Source of the DNA: Rhodocyclales bacterium
GTDB lineage: Bacteria > Pseudomonadota > Gammaproteobacteria > Burkholderiales > Rhodocyclaceae
DNA: 64,000 nucleotides
NCBI GenBank assembly: GCA_028292505.1
Contig: JAQGMF010000013.1
Location: 36,025-100,024 of the forward strand
Reading direction: 5' to 3'
The stretch's first letter is position 1. Every line of letters starts with the position of its first letter. Of this stretch, positions 62,769 through 64,000 are shown piece after piece. The translations under genes were made by a program, and so were the position numbers. Below the pieces are notes generated by a model, which did not search any database, was not told the DNA's origin, and saw nothing but the letters and a program-made list of their open reading frames with translations.

Positions 62769-63560
62769 TCAACTGCCTGAGATGGCGGTCTTGGCCTTTG
62801 CAAGCAAGGGCGCAACCAGGTCCATCGGCAGCGGGAACACGATCGTGGTGTTCTTGTCGGCGCCGATGACCGTAAGGGTTTCGAGGTAGCGCAGGAGGAT
62901 GGCCTGCGGTTCTTGCGCCAGTACCTGCGCGGCCTGGAAGAGCTTCTCCGAAGCCTGCAACTCCCCTTCGGCGTGGATGACCTTGGCGCGCCGCTCGCGT
63001 TCCGCTTCGGCTTGTCGTGCGATTGCCCTGATCATGGATTCGGTCAGGTCCACCTGCTTGATTTCGACATTGGATACCTTGATGCCCCAGGAGTCGGTCT
63101 GCGCGTCCAGGGCCTGCTGAATGTCGAGATTGAGCTTCTCGCGCTCGGCTAACATGTCATCGAGCTGATGCTTGCCGAGCACCGAGCGCAGCATCGTCTG
63201 AGCCAGCTGGCTGGTGGCATTGAGGTAGTCCACGACCTGAATGATGGCTTTCTCCGGATCTATGACGCGCAGATAAACGACAGCGCTGACTTTCACCGAA
63301 ACGTTGTCGCGCGAAATCACATCCTGCGTTGGAACTTCCAGCACCATGGTGCGCAGGTCGACGCGCACGGACTTCTGCAGCGCCGGAATGATGAGGACCA
63401 GGCCCGGACCCTTCACCTTCCAGAAGCGCCCCAGCATGAAAACCACACCTCGCTCGTATTCGCGAAAAATGCGAATCGCCGAGCTGAAAAACCATACGAA
63501 AAACATGACGACAATGATAGGAAACGTCCAGTTGAAATCGACAAGCATTTTCATCTCCAT
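62769..63560 (-). CDS. SPFH/Band 7 (stomatin/HflC-like) membrane protein
   Basis: N-terminal TM, then an SPFH domain (REYERGVVFMLGRFWKVKGPGLVLIIPALQ...) and coiled-coil tail. Confidence 0.85.
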   Translation of the reverse strand: MEMKMLVDFNWTFPIIVVMFFVWFFSSAIRIFREYERGVVFMLGRFWKVKGPGLVLIIPALQKSVRVDLRTMVLEVPTQDVISRDNVSVKVSAVVYLRVIDPEKAIIQVVDYLNATSQLAQTMLRSVLGKHQLDDMLAEREKLNLDIQQALDAQTDSWGIKVSNVEIKQVDLTESMIRAIARQAEAERERRAKVIHAEGELQASEKLFQAAQVLAQEPQAILLRYLETLTVIGADKNTTIVFPLPMDLVAPLLAKAKTAISGS

Positions 63561-63708
63561 TGTGTTGATGATGAGCGGGCCTTATTTGCCAGCCATCTCC
63601 GAGTGTAGGCGCGGGACGAGAAATCGCTGGAAATTATCGCGGCCGCAATATTGCAGACGTGCCATCGGCTAAATGCATGTCATTTGCATATTACCGCCGA
63701 ACCGGCAT

Positions 63709-64000
63709 TCAGGACGGCAGCGTGGCCTTATCGGCGAGGCGCCAGTGTCTGCTCAGATACAGGCCCAGCCGATCCAGGTAGAGATAGATCACCGGCGTGG
63801 TGAACAGTGTCAGCGCCTGCGATACGAGCAGGCCGCCGACCAGTGCCACGCCGACCGGCGCGCGCAGCTCCGAGCCGGCCCCTGTACCCAATGCCAATGG
63901 CAAGGCGCCGAGAATGGCGGCGGCGGTGGTCATCATGATCGGCCGGAAACGCAGCTTGCAGGCGTGATGAATGGCCTCGCGCGGGTCGGTGTCTACGCTA
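63709..64000 (-). CDS. RND multidrug efflux permease (AcrB/AcrD family), 3'-terminal fragment; gene continues beyond the window end
   Basis: C-terminal RND sequence ...[52 protein letters not shown]; upstream residues continue in frame to the window edge. Confidence 0.75.
   Translation of the reverse strand, partial: SVDTDPREAIHHACKLRFRPIMMTTAAAILGALPLALGTGAGSELRAPVGVALVGGLLVSQALTLFTTPVIYLYLDRLGLYLSRHWRLADKATLPS

Overview
This is a high-GC (about 63-65%) chromosomal segment, probably from a Burkholderiales/Oxalobacteraceae-like betaproteobacterium; that taxon call is inference from gene content, the REP repeat types and GC. Almost the whole window is coding, with roughly 60 genes. Reading left to right: dprA (partial) and a LysM protein; def-fmt; a YecA-like protein; hemolysin III; an orphan ruvA; a HAD hydrolase, a GNAT acetyltransferase and RNase G; an HI0933-like flavoprotein and glpK; a lipoprotein with two tandem peptidase-MA-like domains; cytochrome c5; tRNA-Arg(CCG) 45 bp upstream of putA; gdhA; an arginase-ornithine cyclodeaminase operon with a divergent Lrp regulator; small stress proteins (DUF2795, DksA/TraR, hemerythrin); cysB-like/cysA/cysW/cysT; a DJ-1/GlxA pair; a frameshifted alpha/beta hydrolase; a repeat-rich flotillin; 1-Cys peroxiredoxin, YdeN and mop-ssuBCDAE; a secreted GH18 chitinase with a recently duplicated C-terminal module; a receiver-less sigma-54 activator (SfnR-like) plus sbp; a truncated haemoglobin; marR-emrB-OMP-emrA; a TPR/GT9-like protein, a membrane protein and an APC permease; a lower-GC patch with a secreted ClpP-like/rhodanese-like protein; a hybrid histidine kinase; DUF2007; a tandem AP2-like DNA-binding protein; a truncated NRPS relic with MbtH; an SPFH protein; and the 3' end of an RND pump. 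Two families of inverted-repeat REP-like elements and GC-rich palindromes ('SPRGEG' type) sit at many gene ends and abut two apparent gene relics. I found no CRISPR array, rRNA, transposase, integrase or recognisable defence system. The least-described content is the patch from 54.4 to 62.6 kb (secreted protease-like/rhodanese-like protein, hybrid kinase, DUF2007, AP2-like protein, NRPS relic), but nothing I can read from sequence supports a coherent new system. All functional calls are motif-level readings of the translations without database searches.
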